A stretch of 57,364 bases of DNA, filler included, from Dugesia japonica (lineage: Eukaryota): assembly GCA_001938525.1 (NCBI GenBank). It is 5 parts of 5 records of this genome, joined end to end, with 100 filler letters (N's around TTAATTAATTAA, not from the genome) between each part and the next. Parts side by side here need not be neighbours in the genome. Positions count along the whole stretch, not along the records: positions 1 to 9,561 come from MQRL01599865.1; positions 9,662 to 20,720 come from MQRL01588196.1; 3 more parts are not named here. One strand, 5' to 3'. Of the stretch, positions 1-11,109 are shown one piece after another. Made by a program: the position numbers and the translations under genes. Numbering within the stretch: position 1 is the first letter of the stretch; the number at the start of each line of letters is the position of its first letter. The notes under the pieces are model-generated. The model worked only from the letters and a program-made list of their open reading frames with translations. It had not been told where the DNA came from and searched no databases.

Positions 1-203
1 TACTTTTTTATTGATTTGCCACAAAAAAATTCCTTGAATCAATCCGTCTATTTAATCTACCTCACAATAATAATTGTAAAAAAATTTCAAAATTCCTAAT
101 ATATAAAAATTTTAATATATAAATATATATAAAAGTAGAGGGAATAAGGCGAATTTACCTCAGGGGAGTACACTACAAATTTTTAAAAAAAAATGTAAAA
201 ATT

Positions 204-431
204 TTAGATGAGAAATGTCAGATGAAAACGTCGTTAGATGTAAAATGTCCGATGTCAGATGAAAAATATTAGATGTAAAATGTCAGATGTCAGATGAAAA
301 ATATTAGATGAAAAATTTCAGATGTCGGATGAAAAATATTAGATGACAGATGTAAAATGTCAGACAAGAAACGTCAGATGAAAACGTCGTTAGATGTAAA
401 ATGTCAGATGTTAGATGTCGGATGTAAAATT
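204..431 (+). repeat. Subterminal 7-bp periodic array (TYAGATG / TAAAATG / AAAAATA units, about 30 copies)
   Basis: Parses as ttagatg-taaaatg-tcagatg-tcagatg-aaaaata-ttagatg etc. Confidence 0.9.
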
Positions 432-567
432 AAAGAGGAAACATTTTTCATTTAAGAGGAAAAATATATATAATAAAAAAGAGGAGTGAGATATTTAAGA
501 GGAGACTTAACCTACTTTTAGTGTGTCTATGATTAAATTATTTCTTTAGAAAATAGCAAAGCAACCT

Positions 568-3390
568 ATGGTCATGAGTACAATAATAAGATGTGAAAAT
601 TGTAATAAAGTGTTTAAAAATTTAGCAGGAAAAATGGGGCACATTAGATCTAGAATTTGTTATAGAGTAAATCTAACATTTCAATGTGAAAGATGTCGTA
701 GAATATTTAATTCAGAAAATGGTTTACAAGAACATTTAAATTCAACACGTTGTGGAAATCCAAATATTGTTCATTACATTGTGAAATATGTAACAAAAGA
801 TTTAGAAGAAAAAATCATGCAAGAGCACATTATAATTCTCCCAAAAATAAAGAAAAAGTTAATAAAGTTTTATTTGAAGAATTACCAGGTGAAGAAGCAA
901 TTGATTACGAACCAGAAATAAGAGATCTATTAAGACAATACAGAGATTATGAAATTGAATATTTTAAAGAAAGTAAAGTGGTAATGAGAAAAAATGTGAA
1001 TGAAATATTCGAAGAACCAATTAGAGATATTAACACTTTTCAAAATGAAGTTAAAGAAATTATTACAAAGTATTTAAGTTATGGAAAAAAGATTATTGTA
1101 AGTATNNNNNTTAAATGTAGATATGAAAAAGAAATAAATAATGAAAATAATGAAAGAGATTTTACTTCATATTCGATTAATAAAAGATTTACAACTGAAA
1201 GTGAAATTGAAAATAATGTTAATGAAATATTTAATGAATTACAAAGATACATTTAAGATGAAGATAGAGAAGGCTCTGGATGGACAATGTCAAATATTGT
1301 GGATTACAAAATAGATTTAAGTAAATATCAATCATTAGCTAGAGCAACATATTGCAAATTACCGTTTAAAAACCAGGCGTAATCAACATAGAAAATAAAG
1401 ATAATAAATGTTTTCTATATTCAATCTTAGCACACAAGTATATAGTTGATAATCCAACACGTGTAGAAAATTACATTCCATATTTAACAGAATTAAAATA
1501 TAGTGGTTTTAAATTTCCTATGAACATTGATGATATAAAAAATTTTGAGAAATTAAATAATTTAGAAATAAATTTGTTTGGTGTAAATGATAATAAAAAA
1601 CTTGAACCATTACACATTTCACATTACAAAAGAAATCCATCAGCAGAAGAAAATAAATGTAATTTGTTAGTGTATAAAAATCATTATGTTTTATGTAGAG
1701 ACATAACTGTATTTTTTACATCATAAAATAGAAACACAAACTATCCATGCATAAGATGTATAAATTGTTATTCCAATGAAGAATTATTAATTAAACATCA
1801 AGATGCATGCATTAGACACAAACCAAATAATATTGTTTTTCNANATGANGANTATTATTATTTTAATANATATTATCAAATAAATAAAATACCATTTGTA
1901 TTAATTGGAGATTTCGAAGCATATACAAATTTAGATAAAAAACAAAAAGCATTGTCATTAGGAATTTATCTCAAAAGTGATCACACAGAATCATTAGAAA
2001 GTAAATATTATGAATTTACAGGTGAAAACATTTATGATGATTTCTTTAAGTTTTTAGAAGAGACTAATAATAAATTGCAAGATATAAAAGAAAATAAATT
2101 AATAAAAGAAATTACCAATCAAGTTCCAGATTTTACACCAGAAACAAAATGTAGATATTGTGATAAAAAAATACGTGACACTCCAGTTAAAGACTATAAT
2201 CATTTTACAGGAGAATTTCGAGGATGGTCATGTAATAAATGTAACATGAATGACAAAAGTGTAAAAAATTTATTTATACCATTTTATTTCCATAATGNAT
2301 CAGGTTATGATAACCATTTATTTTTTAGAGAATTATTAACAAAGTTTCCTTCGAGAGTAAAAAGAATAATTCCACATACAACAGACAACTATATTTCTTT
2401 TCAATATGAAGACATTAAATTTCTAGATTCAAATAAATTACTTCCATTTACACCAATTGAAACAATGGGAAAATTATTAGCACAATCAGGTAATTATCCA
2501 ATTTTAAATTCATTTAATTTAAGACCAAAGAAAGCAAGTTTTCCATGCGAATATGTAAAAGGAAACAATATTCAAGAAGTTAAAGAATTATTAAAATCAG
2601 ATCGAACACCAACTAAAAAAGATTTTTTCAACACATTAAATCAAAACGAAATATCTGATGAAGATTATGCGGCATTTCTAATTGACTTTGCACATTATGA
2701 AAATATGTGGGAGTACATGTTACATTATATGAAGTTACATGTTTTAATTTTAACAGATTTTCTAGAAAACTTTAGAGATTCATGTTTAAACAATATTATT
2801 AAATTAGATCCATGTTATTCATATTCAGCACCAGGTTATGCATGGGAAACAGGAATGTTAAATGCCAATGTAAAATTGAAAAATGCGAAACCTGAAACTT
2901 ATGATATTTTCTTAATGATTGAAGAAAGAATTAGAGGTGGATATTCTGGTATATTAGGTGAAAGACAAGTGTTTAGTCACAATAAAAATAAAAATATCAG
3001 ACAAATAAATAAAGCACAAAGAGAAGAATTATTAAAATTACTAGGTGAAGGAAAAAATATTTTAGATGATTGTTTTGAGGATACATTTATAAAATATATT
3101 GATGAAAATTCTTGATATGCAAGTTGTATGACTAGACCATTACCAACAGGTGAAATGCACGAAATAACAGATCTAACATATGAAATGTCAACTGATAATA
3201 TTAATTTTATTTATGAAGTCGATTTAGAATATCCAAGAGAAATTCATGAGAAAACAAAATATTTTCCATTATGTCCAGAAAGAATAAATATCAGATAAGA
3301 CATGTTAAGTGATTACCAAAAATGTTTTAATAAGAAAATTGGAAATAAAAATATTAAACTTACACTTAATCAATTCGACAAGAAAAATTA
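568..3390 (+). pseudogene. polB: Protein-primed family B DNA polymerase with three N-terminal zinc fingers and endonuclease VII-like insert; C-terminal half deleted
   Basis: ZnFs CENC..H..C, CERC..H..C, CEIC..H; EGSGW and NKCFLYSIL N-terminal motifs; ExoI GDFE, ExoII FHNxSGYD, CRYC..DYNHFTGEFRGWSCNKCN, IRGGYS, motif A YIDENS*YASCM; stops at 1254, 1724, 3113; homology to element 2 ends at about 3390 (LTLNQFDKKN). Confidence 0.92.
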
Positions 3391-3530
3391 AAGGTGTAAC
3401 AAAAAAGTTTAAAGATGGAATACGAATAGTTCACAAAGGAAAAGATTTATATTTAAATCCTTATAGAAATAGCGAAGCTGGCCTACGGACAAATAGCGAA
3501 GCAGATGAATACGAAACAAGTTGGAAATAG
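3391..3530 (+). pseudogene. 3' fragment of a small basic Polinton core-like protein
   Basis: HKGKDLYLNPY resembles the GxGLYLxPY ending of small Maverick/adintovirus proteins; joined to polB at a deletion breakpoint. Confidence 0.4.
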
Positions 3531-4359
3531 AATTAAAGAATTAAAAAAACAAATTAAAGCACAAGAAGAATATAATAATTTTTTCTCTGGTAATATTATT
3601 GATTCAAGAAACTTACAAAGTGAATTATCAGTTTTACAACAACCAATAATTAAAGCATTAGAAAGCGAAGCCCATAAAGGTCAACCAATAATAGAAAGCG
3701 AAGCCCATAAAGGACAACTATTTACATCATTTAATAAAAACAACTATAAAATAGAATTAACCCTGAAAGAAGATACACTTGCAAATTTATTTTCAGATGA
3801 TAATACAACACCATTTTATCCTGAAATACAAATTAATAAAAATGTAATAACATCAAAAATAACGCCCTTAGTAAGTACAGCAGAATTTACAATTAATAAA
3901 AAATTGTTAAGGTTTTATTATACAAATAGTAATGTGATTATATTTTTCTTTAATATTGGCAAGAAACCTCATTTTTCAGTTAGTGGAAAAATTCATGAAT
4001 ATTCAGAAAAATGTATGGATATAATGATGGGGAAAAAAGAAAAAATAGGAGATGATGAAGATACAAAAAATTATATTAAAATATAGTTAGATGAAATAGT
4101 AAAAAAATCACCAATTACTAATGATTATATTAAGTTTTTAATAGCAAAAATAGAAGGTGTAAAGCTCAGATATAAAAGTGGAGAATGTTTTAATCCTTTA
4201 AACTTATTTGAAAAGTTAACATTATTAATTTCAGCAGCAAAATCTGGACATGATAATGTAGATGAAGANNNNNNNNNNNNNNNNNNNNNNNNNNNNATGA
4301 TGGGTTTAATATCTAACAAGATTTATGATAAATATAAAGCTAAATATTTTAAAAATTAA
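3505..4359 (+). pseudogene. Conserved Polinton hypothetical protein
   Basis: One frame with an internal stop at 4084; C-terminal NPLNLFEKLTLLISAAKSGHDNV matches the DPNELxxRLxLLxAxxxAGNxx pattern of Maverick proteins; 33-bp tandem duplication (ESEAHKGQ x2). Confidence 0.6.
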
Positions 4360-4469
4360 TATGCCCACGAAGTGGGCTTTATAAAATGATGGATTTTACA
4401 TTTTACATTTTAGAGTTTAACAAAAGCCCACTTCGTTGGCATATATTTTATTTATAAGAAATAGCAACG

Positions 4470-5246
4470 ATGCCACATAAATTCTTAGTAGTTGGAAAAG
4501 AACAAGATTTAAAATTAGATGTAAAATTTCCTATAGAATTAGATTCAGAATATGAACTTGGATTAATTTGTTTTACATGTTACAATATTATTTTTAACAT
4601 AACAGATTTAAATAATAAATTTGAAACTAAGGTTGATCCAAATAAAAAAGTTGAACCAATTAAAACTGATGGTCAAGGAAAGAAAGTTGAAACTGAACCA
4701 AAGAAAGATCGCGAAGCTGGCCTACGGACAATAGAACATGGAAAAAATAAACTCGAACCTGGAGCATATGAAGTAAAAGAAATATCAAATAAATTAGCAA
4801 AATATGGAATAGAAGTTACAGCTGACACTTCGACAGTAAAATGTAACAAGAAAACATTTTAATTTTTGATGATAAATCTTTCTTTCATAAAATGTTAGGT
4901 TTTGATGTAAAAGTTAATCCATCAGGAAAATATTATTCAGAAAATAAATTTGACATTTCACATATTAACATGATAAATATAACTTGTAANNNNNNNNNNN
5001 NNNNNNNNNNNNNNNNNNNNNNNNNNNNNNNNNNNNNNNNNNNNNNNNNNNNNNNNNNNNNNNNNNNNNNNNNNNNNNNNNNNNNNNNNNNNNNNNNNNN
5101 NNNNNNNNNNNACAATTTATTCTAAAATTAATACAAAATATATTGATAGTTTAAAATTTAACATTGTAGATGAAAATTTTAACACAATAGATTTTAACCA
5201 AGAGATGATTTCAATTTTAGTTCATTTACGTAAATATAGACTTTAG
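4470..5246 (+). pseudogene. Minor capsid protein (penton, single jelly-roll)
   Basis: FPIELDSEYELGLICFTCYNIIFNI..NNKF, PGAYEV, MLGF, INMINITC, IVDENFNTIDFNQEMISILVHLRK; frameshifts and an N gap. Confidence 0.8.
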
Positions 5247-5353
5247 ATTTAACATTTTGCGCCCTGCAGGGCGCATTTTAACATTTCACACAAAACATTT
5301 TACATTTTCCGAGTAAGGCGTTACTTGCAAATTTTAGATTTAAGAAATAACAA

Positions 5354-5779
5354 ATGTCAGATTACAACTTATTAGATTTCTTAAAAACATTTGGAATTAA
5401 CACAACTACAAATTTTGATTTATATTCAATTGCAGACTTTTTAGAAATGCCATTAGAAATTTATATGAAAAATGAGATATCTTGGATGCTTGCATCCAAT
5501 GTAAATATGAATTACATCTTTAATTATCAAAATTCAAATCAAAAAGGAATACATTGGACATGTTAAACTATCGGTTATTATTTTGACTCTTTTGGTTTAA
5601 AACCTTTAGAACAAATTGAAAAACTTACAAAGAAATATAATGAAATTCAAGTTCAACATTTTGGTACTAAAATTTGTGGTATTCTATGTATTTATTTTTT
5701 ATATAAAATTAACGAGCGAAACGAGTTTGATGAAATAATTTTAGAGATGAAAAATTTATATAAAGAAATAGATAAATGA
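5354..5779 (+). pseudogene. Adenain-like (C5) cysteine maturation protease
   Basis: GIHWTC*, YYFDSFG, QVQHFGTKICGILC give the catalytic H/D/C plus Q; single stop at 5564; ATGA overlap with next gene. Confidence 0.9.
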
Positions 5780-7559
5780 ATAAGTTTGGAGAAAGTTTAT
5801 CCACTGTAAACAATTCACAATTAATAAAACATGTTGATGCTAAAATTAGAATTTCAGATGCACAAAATGAAAATAAATTTGTAAATGAAACAGGTGACAC
5901 AATAACATCTTTAAAAATAACAGAAGAACCTAAAGATTTAAATGATGCAGTTAATTTAAAATATGTAAATCTACTTGAAGATAAATTAAAGAGTCATGAA
6001 TTAATTTTTACTGATGTTTTAAAAATTGACAAATCTGTAATCAACAAACTTTATTTATAATTTAAAGCTGACCAAATAAATGATAAATCTATAAATGAGA
6101 AAATTAGAAATCTAACAAAGAACTGTTCACAAGAAACATTTGACAATATAAACTCGGAAATCAAAAGAATAAAATCAGAATTCTTTCCATTTAAAAGAAG
6201 CGATTTATTGTATAGATTAAAAAAATTAAATAATGAGGATTTAACTAAGAAACTTAAAAAAGACATTGACATGATAAATGTTAAACTTAATAAATTACAT
6301 TTTGATTTAGATGTGAAAACTTTTAATGAATATTCATATCTTATTGACGAAATTAAATTTAATGTAGAAAATTTCACACTTAAAATTTCAAATGTGCGCA
6401 AAGAATTTGAAATGATAAAACCAAAACTACACAAAATTTTTATTAATAGAATTAATATTTTATTTCAAGATTATAAAGAAAATGGCTCCAAATCATCATT
6501 TAAAAGTTTAAAAGACTTGCTTGATAATTACTTACCTTATGTTTTTACACCTAGTGATAAAACAATATTTTCAATTACCACTAGTGAAAAGCTTCCAGAA
6601 TTTTCTATTATGGATAAATATGTAAATAATTTAGATTTTATAAGAATTGGTAAAGATGTTTTAAATATTTCTTTATATACAAAGATTAAAAAAAGAGTTA
6701 GTATAATTATAAATGGAAATTGTCAAATTGAAAAATTTACATATGTCATTAAAATTAATCAAATTGCTGTATCATTTTTATATGTTAAGCCTAAAGATAA
6801 TATTATAAAAATTTACAGAGAAAGAGTTAAATTAATAAAGGTGATATAAACTTTATTAACATAATTTTACCACAAGAAATTTATTTAAAGAGTTTAATTA
6901 TTAATTTGATTGCATTTAAAATTCCTGAAACACTAAATAAAGAATGTGAAAGAATAAAACCAAAACTCCATAATATTCATATTAATAAAATTAATCTTTT
7001 ACTAGAAAATTATAAAGAAAATGGTTCCGACTCAACACTTATAACTTTAAGACGTTTAATTGATAATTGGTTACCTTATAAATACCCAGATGAATTTCTT
7101 CACAAAGATGGTGAAAAATATATATTCTCGCTTTATATATATAGAAAAGATGTAACGGATAAACTTCCTTATTTTTATGTTGGTAAAGATATGAAAGGAT
7201 TTGATTTTAAAAGAAAGGGAAAAAGAATATATAAAGAATTAAGACCTTTCTTTTATCTCGAAGAGCCATTTGTTGTTTCTATAAATACAACTATTTTTAC
7301 ATATATTTCTTATTTCATAAATGGTCATTCTGAAACTAAAGATTTTACATATACCATTAAAAATAATAATATTACACATAAATATAATCTGACTTCTTCA
7401 ACGAAGCATGATTATAATATTAATACCAAATTATTTTTCTTTGCTAATTTTACTACGATCGGTGAAGGAGAATTGAATATAAACTTTTTCTCATTAACTC
7501 TACCAAAAGGTATTTNCATTGATCATATTCTTTTTGTTAATAAAATAGATAAAGTATAA
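5776..7559 (+). pseudogene. Putative fibre/spike protein: neck motif, coiled coil, two tandem head modules
   Basis: FVNETGD..PKDLNDAVNLKYV; 5776-6849 is one frame with one stop, a frameshift near 6800-6830 joins 6906-7559; duplicated IKPKLH..YKENGS..DNxLPY module. Confidence 0.55.
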
Positions 7560-7574
7560 ATTTATTACTTAAAA

Positions 7575-8165
7575 ATGGAAGACAAAATATATCCTGATCT
7601 TCGCGATCTCTCCGATTATACAATTATAGATTTAAAAAATAAATTGTCAATGTCTAGAATTAGATATTTCGAAAATGACCTTTACTATATTAAAGATAAA
7701 ATTAAACATTATAAAAAAAACACAAAAGATGGCAAAGAATAAATTCAAGTAAAAATTATACACAAATAATTGTTAGTGTTGGAATTGGAATAGGAGGCAT
7801 AATATTAATTACTCCAGTTGGAGTTGCGCTTGCAACAATTGGTATACCAATAATTACTGGCGCAATTTCCGTCTTACCTGTAATTGGAACATTAAAGACT
7901 TCATTAATAAGTTCTAGAAAAGAAAGATATGAAAAGTTAATAAAGAAACTTGAATGTGTTAAAAATAAATTNNNNNNNNNNNNNNNNNNNNNNNNNNNNN
8001 NNNNNNNNNNNNNNNNNNNNNNNNNNNNNNNNNNNNNNNNNNNNNNNNNATTTGATATCTAGTAATAAACATGAAAAAAATAAAAAGACAGATGTTAGTT
8101 TAAAAATGTTAGTGAAAAATCAAGCAAAAGTTATTAATGAAATGAAAATGAAATTAGGGATGTGA
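7575..8165 (+). pseudogene. Two-TM membrane protein with N-terminal YPDL
   Basis: MEDKIYPDL..FENDLYYIKDKIKHY; Gly-rich hydrophobic hairpin IIVSVGIGIGGIILITPVGVALATIGIPIITG; homolog at 11110. Confidence 0.7.
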
Positions 8166-8260
8166 TTTTCATACCAGGGGTGTTGGTTTTTTCATACCAG
8201 GGTGTTTGATTAAAATCTAGATATAAGAAATAAGTAAAGAAGCTTTAAATGAAATAATAA

Positions 8261-9165
8261 ATGCAATCAATAAATATTATACTCCAAATAAAAATGTTAA
8301 AATAAAAAAATTAGAAAAGGCAATTAAAGAATTGATAGCAGAAGATATTAAATTAAATTATTTACATAAAAGGAAATTATGTGAAGACTGTGAACAAAAA
8401 CATCTAAAAATAATAAATAAAATTAAAGAACAAAAAAGACAAGAAATGAATAGAAAAAATAGAATATTTGCTACACCTGGAGAATTAAAAGAAATGTTTG
8501 AAGAATTCCATTTATATAGTTTACAAAAAGATTTAGAGGCTGGTATGAATTTAACACAATTATGGGTGAATGAAAGAAAAATAATTGAAATGAGTGTAAA
8601 TGTAGTTAATAAAATTGAAGATAATTTATTTTATGGTGAGTTAATAAATAAATTAGTAGATATGGCAATAGATGAAAGATTATCCAATCGCGAACTTATA
8701 TTAGCAGATGATAATATTTTAACTAAAGGAAAATTTTTAGCATCATTACAAAATATTACAAATCCNNNNNNNNNNNNNNNNNNNNNNNNNNNNNNNNNNN
8801 NNNNNNNNNNNNNNNNNNNNNNNNNNNNNNNNNNNNNNNNNNNNNNNNNNNNNNNNNNNNNNNNNNNNNNNNNNNNNNNNNNNNNNNNNNNNNNNNNNNN
8901 NNNNNNNNNNNNNNNNNNNNNNNNNNNNNNNNNNNNNNNNNNNNNNNNNNNNNNNNNNNNNNNNNNNTCAATTGGTATAAAATATAAAATAAATTATGTT
9001 AATAAAATAATAAAATTTACTAATTTAGCTGAACGATTTCCAGAAATAAAAACTTCAATTTTCCCAGTAACTAAAATTATAAAATATTTTCCGCAAATAG
9101 AAGGATATGTAAATGAAATATTAGAAGAAAGAAATTCTCGTTTAGCAATAGACCAAGGCAATTAG
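8261..9165 (+). CDS. Hypothetical viral protein (CxxC, helical), gapped
   Basis: 277-codon ORF spanning an N gap inside the element; probable frameshifted start at ATG 8261; no family recognised. Confidence 0.45.
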
Positions 9166-9217
9166 ACCAAGAGTCGCGAAGCTAGAATAAATCATCTAAC
9201 ATCTAACATTTAACATC

Positions 9218-9561
9218 TTAAAATAAATCATCTAACATTTCATCAGTTTCTTTATTTATATAAAAATAATTATATTTAGTTTTAGAGTGAAGATTTACTT
9301 CATAATCATATTCTAACTTATTTTCAAAAATATTAGAAAATAACTCATGATAAACATTATCTCTATCAGTTTTATTTAATTTAAAGAAAATGTAACAATT
9401 CGAATTATTNCTGATAGAGTTTTTATCTAAATGATAATATGTTTGTGAAATATAAATCACGTTACAATTTGAATGTCTACTTCTTGGGAAATAACTTTTT
9501 TGAATCTCTTGATTTTTTATATTAACTACATCATCAAATATTATTAAGTTTTTCTTTTCCT
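9218..9561 (-). CDS. A32/FtsK-like genome packaging ATPase, C-terminal part
   Basis: Open frame from scaffold end: KKNLIIFDDV (Walker B), YFPRSRHSNCNVIYISQTY (Arg finger, sensor Q), NSNCYIFFK. Confidence 0.9.
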
Positions 9562-9661
9562 NNNNNNNNNNNNNNNNNNNNNNNNNNNNNNNNNNNNNNN
9601 NNNNNTTAATTAATTAANNNNNNNNNNNNNNNNNNNNNNNNNNNNNNNNNNNNNNNNNNNN
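9562..9661. other. Artificial scaffold-joining linker
   Basis: 44 N + TTAATTAATTAA (stops in six frames) + 44 N. Confidence 0.95.
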
Positions 9662-9832
9662 ACATTATTTTGACTCTTTTGGTTTAAAACCATTTCATGA
9701 AGATCTTGATGAGCATGTTATAAAATTTAATGAAATTCAGGTTCAACCTTTTGAAACAAGGAATACTTTGTATTTATTTTCTCTATAGTTTTCCTGAAAA
9801 ATCTTTTGATGATATTATTGCTGAAATAAATG
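9662..9832 (+). pseudogene. Adenain-like protease, 3' fragment
   Basis: HYFDSFGLKP..FNEIQVQPFETR, then LCIYFLY after a frameshifting deletion that removes the catalytic CG. Confidence 0.8.
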
Positions 9833-11095
9833 AANATATTTGGAGAAAGCTCACAGGCGATGAATGATGCTGAACTCTTAAATATAATTTCTGGTAAACT
9901 AAGAATTCAAGATTCTACCAATGAAAAAAGATTTGTAAATGAAACTGGTGATATTATTAAATCCTTAAAAATTCTTGATCCACCTAAAGATGAACTTGAT
10001 GCAGTAAATTTAAAATTTTTTAAAAACGAACAAAAAAATATTCTTTACGAGGGTTTAAAAAAAGAAGTTGATAAATTTGAAAGTAAATTTGTAAATGAAA
10101 GTGGTGACACTATTAAATTCTTAAAAATTATTGATGATCCTAAAGATAATCTTGATGTAGTAAATTTAAAAAATATTNNNNNNNNNNNNNNNNNNNNNNN
10201 NNNNNNNNNNNNAAGATGATCTAGTAAATTATAAATTTCTCAAAAAATTTATTTTCAAGTTTTTCTTCCAAATAAAAGATGATGTTAAAAATTTTAAAAA
10301 ATCAAAAGAAATTGAAGTTTTAAAAAAAGAAGTTGAACTTTTAAATAAAAATTAATGGTGAAAAAGAAATTTCTATTATTAAAAAACAAATTGATCCATT
10401 ATTTCCTTTACTAGAGGAATTTGAAAATATAAAAGCGCATCTTAGTGAAAAACATAAAAATAAAATTAATGAAAATTTAGAAATATATAAAAAAACTAAG
10501 TCTTCAGAGATCTTAGAAAAAATAAAAGAATTAGTTAATAATTTTTTATTCTGGTGTGATATTAGCATCGATGTATTTGTGGTTTTTAAAATATTTTTTT
10601 TTTATTAAAAGTAATAATAAATTTCCATATTATACCGAGTACTCAGATCGTGGATGGTTAGAAAAAGTAATAATAAATGGTTTTTGGGAATATTCTAAGG
10701 AAAAAACATTATATTTTTTTCTTCGGGTTTCTTTAAGACTTTATCTTTCATTAAAAATCGCTAGTGGTCCAATATGTATTTTTATTTCTGGATATACGAA
10801 AACGCTTAAAATTAGTATTATTTTTAATTTTGCCGGTTCTGATGAGGTTTTAGATTTTACATTTGAAAAACTTGGAAAATTTAAATTAGAAATAAACTCT
10901 TTAAAATTAAAGGGGGGTAGAAGTGGGCATGATTTTCCTTCTTTGGGAGAAGATACTTTTACGAGAAATTTAACAGCGAGTATATCAATAAAAAATTTTT
11001 ATAAATTTTTACCACCAAATCTTTATATTAATAACCTTATTATTATGTCTGGGTGTCCTAAAGAAGAAAGAAAAAAAATATTCGATGAACTATAA
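9830..11095 (+). pseudogene. Putative fibre/spike protein (at least two neck repeats, one head)
   Basis: FVNETGD..PKDELDAVNLK and FVNESGD..PKDNLDVVNLK; helical linker EFENIKAHL..KELVNNFLFW homologous to element 1; divergent beta-rich C-terminus. Confidence 0.55.
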
Positions 11096-11109
11096 AATTC
11101 TTTAAGAAA

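Larger units (their letters stand above)
134..9561 (+). mobile_element. Polinton/Maverick (adintovirus-like) endogenous virus 1, decayed and truncated by scaffold end
   Basis: Clustered pPolB, penton, adenain protease, fibre-like, 2-TM and A32 ATPase remnants; candidate left terminus AGTAGAGGG at 134; many stops and frameshifts. Confidence 0.9.

Noticed and set aside
204-431. CRISPR-like appearance of the repeat array
   Set aside because: Continuous 7-bp periodicity, no unique spacers, no cas genes, eukaryotic context
5773-9832. Poxvirus-type TAAATG late promoters at 5773, 8258 and 9827 implying helper-virus dependence
   Set aside because: Only some genes have it, two cases overlap upstream coding ends, and it is expected by chance at this AT content
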